This document shows, one piece after another, positions 24,043 through 42,072 of a DNA stretch of 46,029 nucleotides. The position numbers and the translations under genes are program-made. Source of the stretch: a virus. A model generated the notes under the pieces. The model did not search any database and had not been told where the DNA came from. It worked only from the letters and a program-made list of their open reading frames with translations. The number at the start of each line of letters is the position of its first letter. The stretch's first letter is position 1. Where the stretch lies: the UHGV virus genome UHGV-0229940; one strand, written 5' to 3'.

Positions 24043-24616
24043 AAAAGGTCTAGTTAGAACCTTAGTGGATGTTATTGGTCACAGATTAGCTCGTGATAAG
24101 AATAATAGACCAAATGTAATTAGAGCTTACCCTTCTGATAACTCAAATGACAAAGGTTTAAAACCTGACCAGCCATTTATTACCGTATACTGTCAAGATG
24201 CTGCAACACCTTATGGTTGGGTTCTTGATAAGTTTGTTGAGGATGATGTAGTTTGCTACAGAATTGCTTTTCAGATTCCTGTATTAATTACGGTGAATGG
24301 TAAAGGTGCTCACAGTATTATGCTTGAGCTTAAACAACGATTAGAGATGAGTTCAGTCAGAGATTTAATCCTTGAAGAAACAGGAGCTACAGTACTGGAC
24401 ACTGGAGCTATCCCGAATGACTATACTTATCTCAATACAGATTTCGAAAATTCTGCACCTCTTGTTGTAACTCTTGTAAAAAACTCAGTCCTGAAGGATG
24501 AACGTGGAAGTATTATTGAGCGTGTCATTGTTGATGGTGAGTTGGTTTATGAAGAAGGACAAGAGCCACCAGAATATACTATCCATCTAGATGTAGACTC
24601 CAAAGGGGTAAAATAA
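24017..24616 (+). CDS. hypothetical tail completion protein
   Basis: 199 aa ORF. Confidence 0.55.
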   Translation: MQLETAELEKGLVRTLVDVIGHRLARDKNNRPNVIRAYPSDNSNDKGLKPDQPFITVYCQDAATPYGWVLDKFVEDDVVCYRIAFQIPVLITVNGKGAHSIMLELKQRLEMSSVRDLILEETGATVLDTGAIPNDYTYLNTDFENSAPLVVTLVKNSVLKDERGSIIERVIVDGELVYEEGQEPPEYTIHLDVDSKGVK

Positions 24617-25969
24617 ATGTGGAATCCAATTGTTAATGTAGATATTACATTGAACACCGCAGGAACTACAAGAGAAGGTTTTGGTTTGCCACTATTCTTA
24701 GCTTCAACAGATAATTTTGAAGAAAGAGTACGTGGTTACACTTCCTTAACTGAAGTTGCTGAAGATTTCGATGAGAATACTGCTGCATATAAGGCTGCTA
24801 AACAACTTTGGAGTCAGACTCCTAAAGTAACTCAGCTTTATATTGGTAGACGTGCTATGCAGTACACTGTCTCAATTCCTAATGCCGTTGCTGAAAGTAC
24901 AGACTACTCAATTACTGTAGCTGCTGGCGGTGGAATTTCTCAACCATATCAGTATACAGCGCAAGCTGAAGACACTGCTGAAAACGTGTTGCAACAGTTT
25001 AAAACACAGATTGAAGCTGACCCAACAATCAAAGATAAGGTTTCTGTGAACGTAACTGGTAGCAATGGCTCTGCCACAATGATTATTACCAAAGCTGGTG
25101 ATAATGACTTTGTGAAAGTAACAACTACAGCACAGACTGTGTATATTGCAAGTACAACTGCCGATACAGCATCAACTGCTCTGGCAGCTATCGAAGCTTA
25201 CTCTACTGACTGGTATTTCATTGCAGCAGAAGACAGAACTCAACAGTTTGTCTTAGCAATGGCTTCTGAGATTCAGGCTCGCAAGAAAATCTTCTTTACA
25301 GCTAACTCCGATGTAACAGCCCTGCAAGGTACAGAATTAGCCAGTGCAAATGATGTTCCAGCACAGCTTGCTAAGAATATGTACACTCGTACAGTTTGCT
25401 TGTGGCATCACGCAGCAGCAGAAGACTATCCAGAGATGGCATACATTGCTTATGGCGCTCCATATGATGCAGGTTCAATTGCTTGGGGTAATGCTCAGCT
25501 AACTGGTGTAGCAGCTTCTCTACAACCATCTAATCAGAGACCTCTGACAAGTATTCAGAAGTCTGCTTTAGATGTACGTCACTGTAACTTTATTGACCTT
25601 GATGGTGGTGTTCCAGTGGTTCGTAGAGGGATTACTTCTGGTGGGGAATGGATTGATATCGTCCGTGGCGTTGACTGGTTAGAATCAGACCTGAAAACTT
25701 CTCTGAGAGACTTGCTAATTAACCAGAAGGGTGGTAAGATTACTTATGATGATACTGGTATTACCCGTATTCGTCAAGTCATTGAAACCTCTCTACAAAG
25801 AGCAGTCAACAGAAACTTCCTGTCATCTTACACAGTTAATGTTCCTAAAGCCTCTCAAGTTGCTTTGGCAGACAAGAAAGCTCGTATCCTGAAAGATGTT
25901 ACCTTCGCAGGTATCTTAGCAGGGGCTATCTTGGATGTTGACTTGAAAGGTACAGTGGCTTACGAATAA
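24617..25969 (+). CDS. tail sheath protein (assignment by size and order)
   Basis: 450 aa ORF immediately upstream of a 148 aa tube-sized ORF. Confidence 0.6.
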   Translation: MWNPIVNVDITLNTAGTTREGFGLPLFLASTDNFEERVRGYTSLTEVAEDFDENTAAYKAAKQLWSQTPKVTQLYIGRRAMQYTVSIPNAVAESTDYSITVAAGGGISQPYQYTAQAEDTAENVLQQFKTQIEADPTIKDKVSVNVTGSNGSATMIITKAGDNDFVKVTTTAQTVYIASTTADTASTALAAIEAYSTDWYFIAAEDRTQQFVLAMASEIQARKKIFFTANSDVTALQGTELASANDVPAQLAKNMYTRTVCLWHHAAAEDYPEMAYIAYGAPYDAGSIAWGNAQLTGVAASLQPSNQRPLTSIQKSALDVRHCNFIDLDGGVPVVRRGITSGGEWIDIVRGVDWLESDLKTSLRDLLINQKGGKITYDDTGITRIRQVIETSLQRAVNRNFLSSYTVNVPKASQVALADKKARILKDVTFAGILAGAILDVDLKGTVAYE

Positions 25970-25984
25970 TAGAGGTAAATTGGA

Positions 25985-26431
25985 ATGGCTATGTATCAGC
26001 AATATTCCCCTAAAGACGTTGTATGTAGCTGGAATGGTATTGCCATTGAAGGCTTTGCCCCAGATTCATTCTTGCGTCTACAGAGAACATCACCGCTTGT
26101 GACACCAGTTGTTGGTGCAGGTGGTCAAGTTGCTCTGACAAGAAATGCAGACAAGACAGGTACTATTGAGATTGAGTTAATGCAGACTTCTCTCTCTAAC
26201 CAGATGCTTTCTGCAATTCAAGCTAAACAAGACAATATGGAACTTGAAGAAGATATCTCTTCTAACTTCGTAATCTACGACCCATCAGGCTCTGTTCTGG
26301 CAACTGGTATTAATGCTTGGTTGCAGGAATTACCGCAGATTGAACTTGGTCGTGACCAGAACTCTAAAACTTGGATTTTTGGTTGTGAGAAGCTAGACTA
26401 CACTTCTACAATTCCAGCGTCAAGTGTTTAA
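25985..26431 (+). CDS. tail tube protein (assignment by size and order)
   Basis: 148 aa ORF followed by a strong terminator. Confidence 0.6.
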   Translation: MAMYQQYSPKDVVCSWNGIAIEGFAPDSFLRLQRTSPLVTPVVGAGGQVALTRNADKTGTIEIELMQTSLSNQMLSAIQAKQDNMELEEDISSNFVIYDPSGSVLATGINAWLQELPQIELGRDQNSKTWIFGCEKLDYTSTIPASSV

Positions 26432-26443
26432 TAAATCCTATAA

Positions 26444-26475
26444 GGGGGAGACTTTAAAAGGTCTTCCCCTTTTTT
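26444..26475 (+). terminator. Rho-independent terminator after the tail tube gene
   Basis: 9 bp stem GGGGGAGAC/GTCTTCCCC with 8 nt loop, followed by TTTTTTGTTT. Confidence 0.7.
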
Positions 26476-26504
26476 GTTTCTTTTAAAAGTATTAAGGAAT
26501 CACA

Positions 26505-26903
26505 ATGAAAACAGAATCTAGAGTAATTAATGGCAAGAAAGTAAATATCGTTCTGCTTGGGGCAAGAGATGGTATTAAGATGTCTATGAAGTTGGGTAAA
26601 ATTGTTGTTCCAACTTTTGCACAGATGCTATCAAGTCTGACTGATAAAGATAAGAAAGAAGCTCCAATGGTTCCATTTAAAGAACTTGTTGAAGCTTGTT
26701 TTGACAGAATTGAAGAAATTAACCTTGAAGAAATGGCTACCCTGTTATTTCAAGGGGCAACTGTTGACGACTTCCCCCTTAATATTGATACGTACTTCCA
26801 AGCAAACTACGGTGAGTTTATTGATTACTTAGCATTTGCGCTGGAGGCAAACTTCGGAAGTTTTTTCGAAGCAAGCATTTTCAAAAGCCTAACTTCTCAG
26901 TAA
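26505..26903 (+). CDS. tail assembly chaperone (upstream frame)
   Basis: 132 aa ORF directly upstream of the tape measure gene; slippery heptamer near its 3' end. Confidence 0.65.
   Translation: MKTESRVINGKKVNIVLLGARDGIKMSMKLGKIVVPTFAQMLSSLTDKDKKEAPMVPFKELVEACFDRIEEINLEEMATLLFQGATVDDFPLNIDTYFQANYGEFIDYLAFALEANFGSFFEASIFKSLTSQ
26861..26867 (+). other. putative -1 programmed ribosomal frameshift site T_TTT_TTC
   Basis: Heptamer in XXXYYYZ form in the zero frame (AGT TTT TTC); the -1 frame is open from here into ORF 26906-27145. Confidence 0.5.
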
Positions 26904-26905
26904 AC

Positions 26906-27144
26906 ATGGGTAACACTCTACAGACACCACTAACTGATGCTGCTGTAGAGGCAACCTATGAAGAAGCAGACGAGATGAAATTTGTGCTTGCTATTTATGG
27001 TATGGAAGGGTGTAAAGAAACACTTGACCAACTCTTTGCTATGACATTCTCTGATTTATTATCATTGAGACAATTTCTTGAGATTCAGAGGTCGTATAAA
27101 GAGGAAATTGCTTACAACGAACTTAGAAGAGCAGGAAAAATGTA

Positions 27145-27145
<1 letters not shown>
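26906..27145 (+). CDS. tail assembly chaperone, downstream frame (likely expressed as a frameshift fusion with 26505-26903)
   Basis: 79 aa ORF in the -1 frame relative to the upstream chaperone. Confidence 0.55.
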
Positions 27146-35164
<8,019 letters not shown>

Positions 35165-35166
35165 TA

Positions 35167-36354
35167 ATGGCAGTAGGTGAAATTCAAATTAGTGCCTTGC
35201 CTCAAGCAGCCTTACCAATTGACCTTAGTGATATCTTCCATCTTAAGCAGGGTATTGAGGATAAGAGATGTACTCTTGAGCAATTACTTGCTCCACACTC
35301 AAGCCTAAGAAATAACCCTCATGGTGTGACTAAAACACAAATTGGTTTAGATAACGTTATTAATGCTCTTCAGTTAGTTGCTGCAAATAACTTATCAGAT
35401 ATTGTTAATGTAGCTGAGGCAAGAGCAAATCTACAGATTATGTCTTCAGAAGAGGTTAATAACCTTGTTCAACAGCATATTCAGGACAAGAGCAACCCAC
35501 ACAATACAACTAAGGCACAGGTAGGATTGAGTAATGTTCAGAACTGGACAACATCTAACCTTTATAATGAAGATGCAGATAAGTATGCTACAGCAAGAGC
35601 AGTAAATAACTTGTACAAGGCTGTTCAGGCTTCCTATCCAGTAGGTACTATCCATCTTTCCATGAACTCTGCAAACCCTTCTACATATTTAATTTGTGGA
35701 GGTACTTGGGAGTTAGTTTCAAAAGGTAGAGCGTTGGTTGGTTATGACTCTGACACAAGACCAGCAGGTTCTGTATTTGGTGCTTCAACTGTCACTTTGT
35801 CAGTTAATAACATGCCTCAACACTCTCACTCTGTGTCTCTTAGTGGTGGTGGTCATACTCATAATGCAACGGTGTCAATTTCAGCTTTTGATTATGGAAC
35901 TAAGACTACTAACTCTTTTGACTATGGAACTAAGACCACTAACACGACTGGTAACCATAACCATGTTGGTAGTGGGTCAACAAGTTCTGCTGGTGCTCAC
36001 AACCACAGATTGACATATGAAGCAGGTGGTGGCCTATCGGAAAGACCTGCAATGGTTTGGTCTACAAGAAATGACCAATCATGGTACTCAGCAGATGCTG
36101 TCTGTGAAGTAGCTGGTGCACACACTCACTCTTTCAGTGTTACTACTAACACAACTGGTGACCATTCTCACTCTGTAGGTATCGGTGCTCACAGTCATAC
36201 GGTTGGTATTGGTTCACATACGCACAATGGTACTGTGACAGTTTCTTCTTCTGAGCATACACATAGCGGGAATACTAACAGTGTTGGTGGTGGACAAGCT
36301 TTCAACATTGAGCAGCCATCCTTCGTACTGTATGTATGGCAGAGAACAGCTTAA
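35167..36354 (+). CDS. tail fiber protein with phage-fiber repeats and His-X-His-rich C-terminal tip
   Basis: 395 aa; repeats NPHGVTKTQIGLDNV and NPHNTTKAQVGLSNV; C-terminal HTHN/HNHV/HTHS/HSHS/HTHT motifs and duplicated SFDYGTKTTN. Confidence 0.8.
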   Translation: MAVGEIQISALPQAALPIDLSDIFHLKQGIEDKRCTLEQLLAPHSSLRNNPHGVTKTQIGLDNVINALQLVAANNLSDIVNVAEARANLQIMSSEEVNNLVQQHIQDKSNPHNTTKAQVGLSNVQNWTTSNLYNEDADKYATARAVNNLYKAVQASYPVGTIHLSMNSANPSTYLICGGTWELVSKGRALVGYDSDTRPAGSVFGASTVTLSVNNMPQHSHSVSLSGGGHTHNATVSISAFDYGTKTTNSFDYGTKTTNTTGNHNHVGSGSTSSAGAHNHRLTYEAGGGLSERPAMVWSTRNDQSWYSADAVCEVAGAHTHSFSVTTNTTGDHSHSVGIGAHSHTVGIGSHTHNGTVTVSSSEHTHSGNTNSVGGGQAFNIEQPSFVLYVWQRTA

Positions 36355-36400
36355 TTTCTTTACAGGGGCTTGATAGCCCCTTTTAAGAGGAAAATTTATA

Positions 36401-38794
36401 ATGGCAGATTACAAGTTGAGTGAATTAAACTCAATCGATACAATCCGTTCAGATGACCTTCTTCATGTCAGGGTTAAAAAGAGACCTGAAATGCTTGGCG
36501 ATGAAGACCGTCGAATGACCTATCAAGACTTCTTAGCATCTTTTAAACTTGAAAGATTTGTTCAGATTGCTGGTAGCACTATGGCTGGTGACTTAGGGAT
36601 TGTTAAGTTACTTTATGGTGGTAAGGCAGTCTTTGACCCAACAGGCTCTTCTGAGGTTACTATTGGGGATGTTTTAAAGACTTTTAAAATCAACGCAAAT
36701 GGCCTTAGACTAACTATTGCAGATGCTTCAAGGTCGGCAACTGTTTATCATACCCTGAATAAGCCAAGTCCTAATGAGCTTGGGATGAGAACTAATGAAG
36801 AGAATGATGCAAGATATGCAAGGTTGGCTGTGAATAATACCTTCAGGGGTGCTCAAACTATTCTATCTGACAATGAAACACTTATTGTTAAGAATATTAC
36901 ACAAGGGACGCCGCTATATATTCGTGGTCAAGATGCAGATGGGACTAACAGATGGTATCTAGGTAATGACCTTAAAGGTACAAATAACCTTGTATTGAAG
37001 AATGTAAAATCTGACGTTTCAATTGCTATTTTAGAAAATTTGGTGACAGTCAACAGAACTCTTCAAATTGCTGGTCAAGTTCAGCCTTCAAGTTTTGCTA
37101 ACTTAGATGCTAGATATTTTACTCAGACAGCAGCTAATCAGAGATTTGCACAGTTAGCTGGCGATAATACATTTAGTGGCGTTAATACATTTAACCAAAC
37201 TTTATCAATTTTAACGAATAGCGGAGCTTTAAGGTTAAAAAATACTATAGCAAATGGTGCACTGTACATTAAAGGTGAAAGTAGCGATGGCTCTGGTAAG
37301 TGGTATGTAGGTAATGGTGATAATACACCTGCTGTATTAATCCACAACTATACGTATGGCTCTAATCTTAGACTTGATAATGGTTATGTTGAAGTTAACA
37401 AGCAGCTTAGGGTTGTTGGTCAAGTTCAACCCTCTGATTGGACTAACATTGACTCTAGATATATTCCTAGTTCTCTGACAAGTGTCCTTGCAAGAACCGA
37501 TTCGGCTAATACTTTCACTAAAGGACAGACTATCCATGCTGGCACTGACAACCCTTTTAGACTACAGACAACAGTACAAGACTCTGGAATCTACATGTCT
37601 GCACATAATGCTGATGGGGGCAGGAGATGGTGGTTAGGTGTAGGTGGCTCAAACTCTAATGTGGTAACCTTAAACAATAGCTACTCTGGTACTCAAATTG
37701 CCCTTGAACCATCAGCAATTGTTGCGAATAAGAATTTAGCCATTACTGGTCAAGTGCAACCCTCTAATTGGGATAACTTAGATGCTAGGTATTTTGTTAA
37801 GACTCAGTTACTGAATCAATCATTGATGACAGTATCTGTAGATAACCTTGAAAACCCTTCAGGGTTTAATCTTGGGTACTCAGGTTTTGTCAGAAACAAT
37901 GCTGTTACTAGTGGACTGAAAGAATTGGCAATTCATGTTGCTCACTCTAATAAGACTGCTGCACATGCAAGAGGAATCTCTTTTGTGTATGGCTCAAATG
38001 GACTGGCAACATTCACCTATGCCTATGACAAAGATGGCAGATATGCTGGAGAAGCACAGATTTATACAACTGCCTTTAAACCAACCCCTTCAGATATTGG
38101 TGCATACACTAAAGCTGAAACTGACCAGAAGATTGCACAGGCAGTAAGTGACTCTACAGACCTTAACAAAATCTATCCAGTAGGTATCGTAACGTGGTTT
38201 AACAGTAATGTTGACCCTAATACAGCACTTCCTGGTCTAACTTGGACGTACCTGAACAATGGTGTTGGTAGAACTATCAGGATTGCAGCAGCAAATGGTT
38301 CAGATGTTGCTACAACAGGTGGTTCAGACTCTGTGACGTTAGCTGTTGGTAACTTACCATCACACACCCATAGTTTCTCTGCTACCACTTCATCTTTTGA
38401 TTATGGTACAAAGGGAACTAATAGTACTGGTGGTCATACTCACTCTGTAAGTGGTACAACAAGTGCTGCTGGTAACCACGCGCACCACTTAGGTCTGCTA
38501 TTAGTTAACGGTGGTGATGCTCAGTACGGTTATACAACTGTTAGCAATAACAAGACAAGAACTCTTGACTGGCTTGACAGAACTGATAACAAGTTCCCTA
38601 ACACTAACACGACTGGTAACCATACACACACATGGTCTGGTACTACAAGTAACACTGGTGCTCACACCCACTCTGTAGGTATCGGTGCTCACACTCATAC
38701 AGTTAGTGGTAACACTGGTGGCACAGGTTCTGGTTCAGCATTTAGTGTTACTAACCAGTTCTACAAGTTAATGGCTTGGGTGAGAACTGCTTAA
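36401..38794 (+). CDS. long tail fiber or tailspike protein with internal repeats and His-X-His-rich C-terminal tip
   Basis: 797 aa; three internal repeats ending in GQVQPS ... D(A/S)RY(F/I); C-terminal module shared with 35167-36354 ([14 protein letters not shown], ending VRTA). Confidence 0.8.
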   Translation: MADYKLSELNSIDTIRSDDLLHVRVKKRPEMLGDEDRRMTYQDFLASFKLERFVQIAGSTMAGDLGIVKLLYGGKAVFDPTGSSEVTIGDVLKTFKINANGLRLTIADASRSATVYHTLNKPSPNELGMRTNEENDARYARLAVNNTFRGAQTILSDNETLIVKNITQGTPLYIRGQDADGTNRWYLGNDLKGTNNLVLKNVKSDVSIAILENLVTVNRTLQIAGQVQPSSFANLDARYFTQTAANQRFAQLAGDNTFSGVNTFNQTLSILTNSGALRLKNTIANGALYIKGESSDGSGKWYVGNGDNTPAVLIHNYTYGSNLRLDNGYVEVNKQLRVVGQVQPSDWTNIDSRYIPSSLTSVLARTDSANTFTKGQTIHAGTDNPFRLQTTVQDSGIYMSAHNADGGRRWWLGVGGSNSNVVTLNNSYSGTQIALEPSAIVANKNLAITGQVQPSNWDNLDARYFVKTQLLNQSLMTVSVDNLENPSGFNLGYSGFVRNNAVTSGLKELAIHVAHSNKTAAHARGISFVYGSNGLATFTYAYDKDGRYAGEAQIYTTAFKPTPSDIGAYTKAETDQKIAQAVSDSTDLNKIYPVGIVTWFNSNVDPNTALPGLTWTYLNNGVGRTIRIAAANGSDVATTGGSDSVTLAVGNLPSHTHSFSATTSSFDYGTKGTNSTGGHTHSVSGTTSAAGNHAHHLGLLLVNGGDAQYGYTTVSNNKTRTLDWLDRTDNKFPNTNTTGNHTHTWSGTTSNTGAHTHSVGIGAHTHTVSGNTGGTGSGSAFSVTNQFYKLMAWVRTA

Positions 38795-38873
38795 TCCCTT
38801 GTTGACTGATTGTTAAGATGGTGTTAATATTCTTTATGGGTATTCTCACCATCTTGGCTGATGAGGTGATTAA

Positions 38874-39068
38874 ATGCCTACAATCCTAGCAATTCTTCTA
38901 AAAAATCTAGGTAGCTTCTTCTGGAAACTCATTTTATCCCTTCTAAGTGAATACATGATTGAGAAAGTGTTCTTTAAGCTTGCAAGATACCTTGCGAGTA
39001 AAACAGACACACCTATTGATGATGAGTTCGTAGATAACTTAGAAAAAGCTTTTAAGGGGGAGAAATAA
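38874..39068 (+). CDS. hypothetical small membrane protein
   Basis: 64 aa ORF with N-terminal hydrophobic segment ILAILLKNLGSFFWKLILSLL. Confidence 0.45.
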   Translation: MPTILAILLKNLGSFFWKLILSLLSEYMIEKVFFKLARYLASKTDTPIDDEFVDNLEKAFKGEK

Positions 39069-39440
39069 ATGAAGTGGCTAGAGGAAGCTTTTAAAAATAA
39101 TATTGGTGCAATTGTAGTTGGTATTTTTAGTGTTATTGGGATGTATACCACTATGCAAGTTTCAAGTGGTAAACAAGAAGTGTCTGTCACAACAAAGTTA
39201 CAGCAGCTAGATAATTATTCCAAAAGTAACTATTCAGCTATTCGTGATTTACAGTCTGACATGAGACTGATTCAGCTAGGGATGGAGAACCAGAAAGTTC
39301 AGTTAGAGAATGTTAAGGGTGAAAACGCAAAACTTACCAAAACTCTTGATAAATTCTCTGACAGTGTGAATAATCTGGCTCAATCAGTATCAGCCCTCCA
39401 AGCTATTACTGAGAAGAACACAAAGAATACTGAAAAATAA
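39069..39440 (+). CDS. hypothetical membrane-anchored coiled-coil protein
   Basis: 123 aa; N-terminal transmembrane helix IGAIVVGIFSVIGMYTTM followed by heptad-like Q/L/K-rich sequence. Confidence 0.55.
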   Translation: MKWLEEAFKNNIGAIVVGIFSVIGMYTTMQVSSGKQEVSVTTKLQQLDNYSKSNYSAIRDLQSDMRLIQLGMENQKVQLENVKGENAKLTKTLDKFSDSVNNLAQSVSALQAITEKNTKNTEK

Positions 39441-39446
39441 AATTTT

Positions 39447-39480
39447 AAGGCTCCTTTTGACGGGAGCCTTTTTTGTTTTT
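39447..39480. terminator. bidirectional rho-independent terminator between convergent operons
   Basis: Stem GGCTCC/GGAGCC (39449-39468) flanked by an A/T-rich run upstream and TTTTTTGTTTTT downstream. Confidence 0.7.
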
Positions 39481-40378
39481 ACTTACCTACTGACAAAGGC
39501 GCTTCAATCTTTCCTGCATGTTGGTAGTTGTTAATTCCACCGATAAAGTCACTTGCAGTGAGATGTTTTAGGTCACTTAAAGTGTTAAGTGGGATACCAA
39601 TCTCAAAAGTTGGTGCATGGAACTCTTCATTGTTCATCAGTTCATAAACCTGCTTCATATGGTTCTGATAAATCTGAGTATCTCCAAAGACACCTATCAA
39701 ATATCGTGGAGTGTATCCAGTCATCTTACAAAGGACTTCCAGAATAAAACCATAAGATGCAATGTTAAACGGAAGCCCTAAAAAGGTGTCTACAGAACGC
39801 TGATACCATTGTAAGTCAACTTCACCCTCGTTGGTGATATAAATCTGAAACAGAACATGACAAGGTGCTAAAGCCATTGAGTTTGCTGCAATATCTGCTG
39901 CATTCCAAGCGTTAACAAGCATGTAACGGTCTGTGATATCACCCTTCATCTTCGCTACTAAGGTCTCTAACTGGTCTACAACACAACCATCATGACCCTC
40001 AAAGTTTCTCCACTGAACCCCGTAGATTCTACCACCTGCATCCTCTAACCAGTCTTGTTCAGAGGAATAATTAGAGCTTAACCAGCGTTTAAAATCATCT
40101 GACCAGATAGTCCAGCGTTCCCCATCATTTTCACCCCAAGTACGGTAACGAAGTTCACCAAGTTTATTCTCGCCATTCAGGAACCATAAAGCTTCTCCGA
40201 TAACTTGCCGTGTAAACACCTGTTTAGATGTTAAGAGTGGGAAACCAGTTCGCATATCAAAACGGAACTGAGGTGGAGCAAAAGCAGAGATAACATCTCC
40301 AGTTCGTGTAGTACGCAGTTCACCAACTGATAAAACATGGTTCAGGATATTTTTATAACTTGTATCTGCTTGTGACAT
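39479..40378 (-). CDS. thyA: thymidylate synthase
   Basis: 299 aa; conserved motifs RTGxG-like TRTGDV, ALAPCH, LGLPFNIASY; uninterrupted ORF. Confidence 0.9.
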   Translation of the reverse strand: MSQADTSYKNILNHVLSVGELRTTRTGDVISAFAPPQFRFDMRTGFPLLTSKQVFTRQVIGEALWFLNGENKLGELRYRTWGENDGERWTIWSDDFKRWLSSNYSSEQDWLEDAGGRIYGVQWRNFEGHDGCVVDQLETLVAKMKGDITDRYMLVNAWNAADIAANSMALAPCHVLFQIYITNEGEVDLQWYQRSVDTFLGLPFNIASYGFILEVLCKMTGYTPRYLIGVFGDTQIYQNHMKQVYELMNNEEFHAPTFEIGIPLNTLSDLKHLTASDFIGGINNYQHAGKIEAPLSVGK

Positions 40379-40379
40379 A

Positions 40380-40925
40380 TCAAAAGTGTCCTTTTACTTG
40401 TGGTGTATAGATATCAAAAGTTGCTTTTCCATCTGCTGATGGTCTTGACTGAATCTTAGCAAAAATTTTACGGTCATGCAACTTATCAAAGAAGTTCTCA
40501 AAAGGTAGGTACACAGTTGCCTTTTCAGTCACTTCATGGAAAACTGTATGAAACACTACATCAGCATACGGTAAAGCACTGACAAGGATACCTGCACCAC
40601 CAATTACGAAAACATCCTCTTCAATATTACTGTCAAGATACTTTAAAAATGCTCCAAAAGAGTCTTGATGAGCTTTAGCAAACATAACATCATCTTTACT
40701 AAAGTCTATACCGTAATAAGGCACAGAGTTTGTTAAGATAAGGTTTTCACGTTCAGGTAAAGGATTACTTCCCAGAGTCTTGAAAGTCTCGTTACCCATT
40801 ATCACTAAGTTGTCTTTAGTGAGTCTCTTAAACTCTTGCATATCCTCTTTATGTCTAGGCCACGGCATACCAGTTGGAGTACCAAACTCCCCATTTTCAC
40901 CACTTGCAAAGATTAATTTAATCAT
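40380..40925 (-). CDS. folA: dihydrofolate reductase
   Basis: 181 aa; motifs GMPWP, VIMG, LPERENLIL, VIGGAG; immediately upstream of thyA. Confidence 0.85.
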   Translation of the reverse strand: MIKLIFASGENGEFGTPTGMPWPRHKEDMQEFKRLTKDNLVIMGNETFKTLGSNPLPERENLILTNSVPYYGIDFSKDDVMFAKAHQDSFGAFLKYLDSNIEEDVFVIGGAGILVSALPYADVVFHTVFHEVTEKATVYLPFENFFDKLHDRKIFAKIQSRPSADGKATFDIYTPQVKGHF

Positions 40926-41182
40926 TTTGTAAACCCTCTCTTAATGAACCAGTTGATAACAGTCTTCACAGCTTTATTGCTATGATAGATTAAGTGTGGT
41001 GTGGGCTGGTATGAACCATAAGCCCAGAAAGCAATGATTTCACTACACCCTGTACACCTTGTACTCTCTTCAGCAATATGACCGTTGACTATTTCACTCA
41101 CCTCGCCCTGTAAGTCTGTACATCCACAATGTGGACAACGGATAGGTGTTCCATCAGACTCATAGCAGTGTTCAATTTTCAT
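40922..41182 (-). CDS. small zinc-ribbon protein
   Basis: 86 aa with CPHCGC ... CTGC four-Cys pattern. Confidence 0.55.
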   Translation of the reverse strand: MKIEHCYESDGTPIRCPHCGCTDLQGEVSEIVNGHIAEESTRCTGCSEIIAFWAYGSYQPTPHLIYHSNKAVKTVINWFIKRGFTK

Positions 41183-41698
41183 CTATTTAACCTCAAAAAC
41201 TGGCTCAAGAACCAATATAAAGTCTACACAGTCATCTTCTTCATCCAGAATACCATCAAAGTTCTTAGGAACGAAGTCGAAGAGGCTCATAACAAAACAG
41301 TCAGAAGTAACCCTTATAGTGCCTCCCATATTCTCTACAGTCAACACTGTACGGCTTTCTTTTACCTCTCTCAGAAGATTACCCACAAAGTCATCTAAGA
41401 AGTACTTCATTAGTGACTTGAAACCTTTAGGGTAATCTGTACCAGAGTATGTTTCAATCTGAGGCACAAGCTTAACATTTATACTAGTCTTTGTTAAGAA
41501 TGTGTTAGAGAACATACTATCAGGTAACTTACAAACAGTCTTTCCAGTACCTTCATGCTCAATCTCAACAAAACCAGCTTCATCGCCACATGTAACTATT
41601 TTAAAAGATGCTTCATTCTCATACTGTGAAGCCATAAACTTTTTAAGCATCTCTTTAAGGAAATCTGCATGAGCATCTTGTAAGAAGATATCAATCAT
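41183..41698 (-). CDS. hypothetical protein
   Basis: 171 aa ORF. Confidence 0.6.
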   Translation of the reverse strand: MIDIFLQDAHADFLKEMLKKFMASQYENEASFKIVTCGDEAGFVEIEHEGTGKTVCKLPDSMFSNTFLTKTSINVKLVPQIETYSGTDYPKGFKSLMKYFLDDFVGNLLREVKESRTVLTVENMGGTIRVTSDCFVMSLFDFVPKNFDGILDEEDDCVDFILVLEPVFEVK

Positions 41699-41711
41699 AG
41701 TTAATCACCTA

Positions 41712-42071
41712 TTATGGGAACAAGCACTTAATGTCATCGTTTTTGAAAACGAAACTTGTGTAGTTGTGACCATCAACATCTAGCCAAACAGCCTGAACAT
41801 CTACACCATCAAGATTCTGGTAAAGCTCTTTGATGAAGTGGTCTTTCACAATCTGGCTGCTAGTTGTTTCCAGCTTAATGTTCGAGATTGCTGAACCTAC
41901 AGCCATATAACCCATGACACGTTTCTTCTCAGTATGCTTAATCTTACCATCTTTGTAAGCCATAATGAGATTGGAGAGAATCTTCACACCATAATACTTT
42001 TCAAGGTGAGTAGGTACGCCATAAAAGCCTAATGCGAAGTTTTCAGAGTGGATAATGTTTTCACGTTTCAT
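41712..42071 (-). CDS. hypothetical protein
   Basis: 119 aa ORF. Confidence 0.55.
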   Translation of the reverse strand: MKRENIIHSENFALGFYGVPTHLEKYYGVKILSNLIMAYKDGKIKHTEKKRVMGYMAVGSAISNIKLETTSSQIVKDHFIKELYQNLDGVDVQAVWLDVDGHNYTSFVFKNDDIKCLFP

Positions 42072-42072
42072 A

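Noticed and set aside
39479-40378. Group I intron in thymidylate synthase
   Set aside because: The ORF is continuous at 299 aa with conserved motifs in order.
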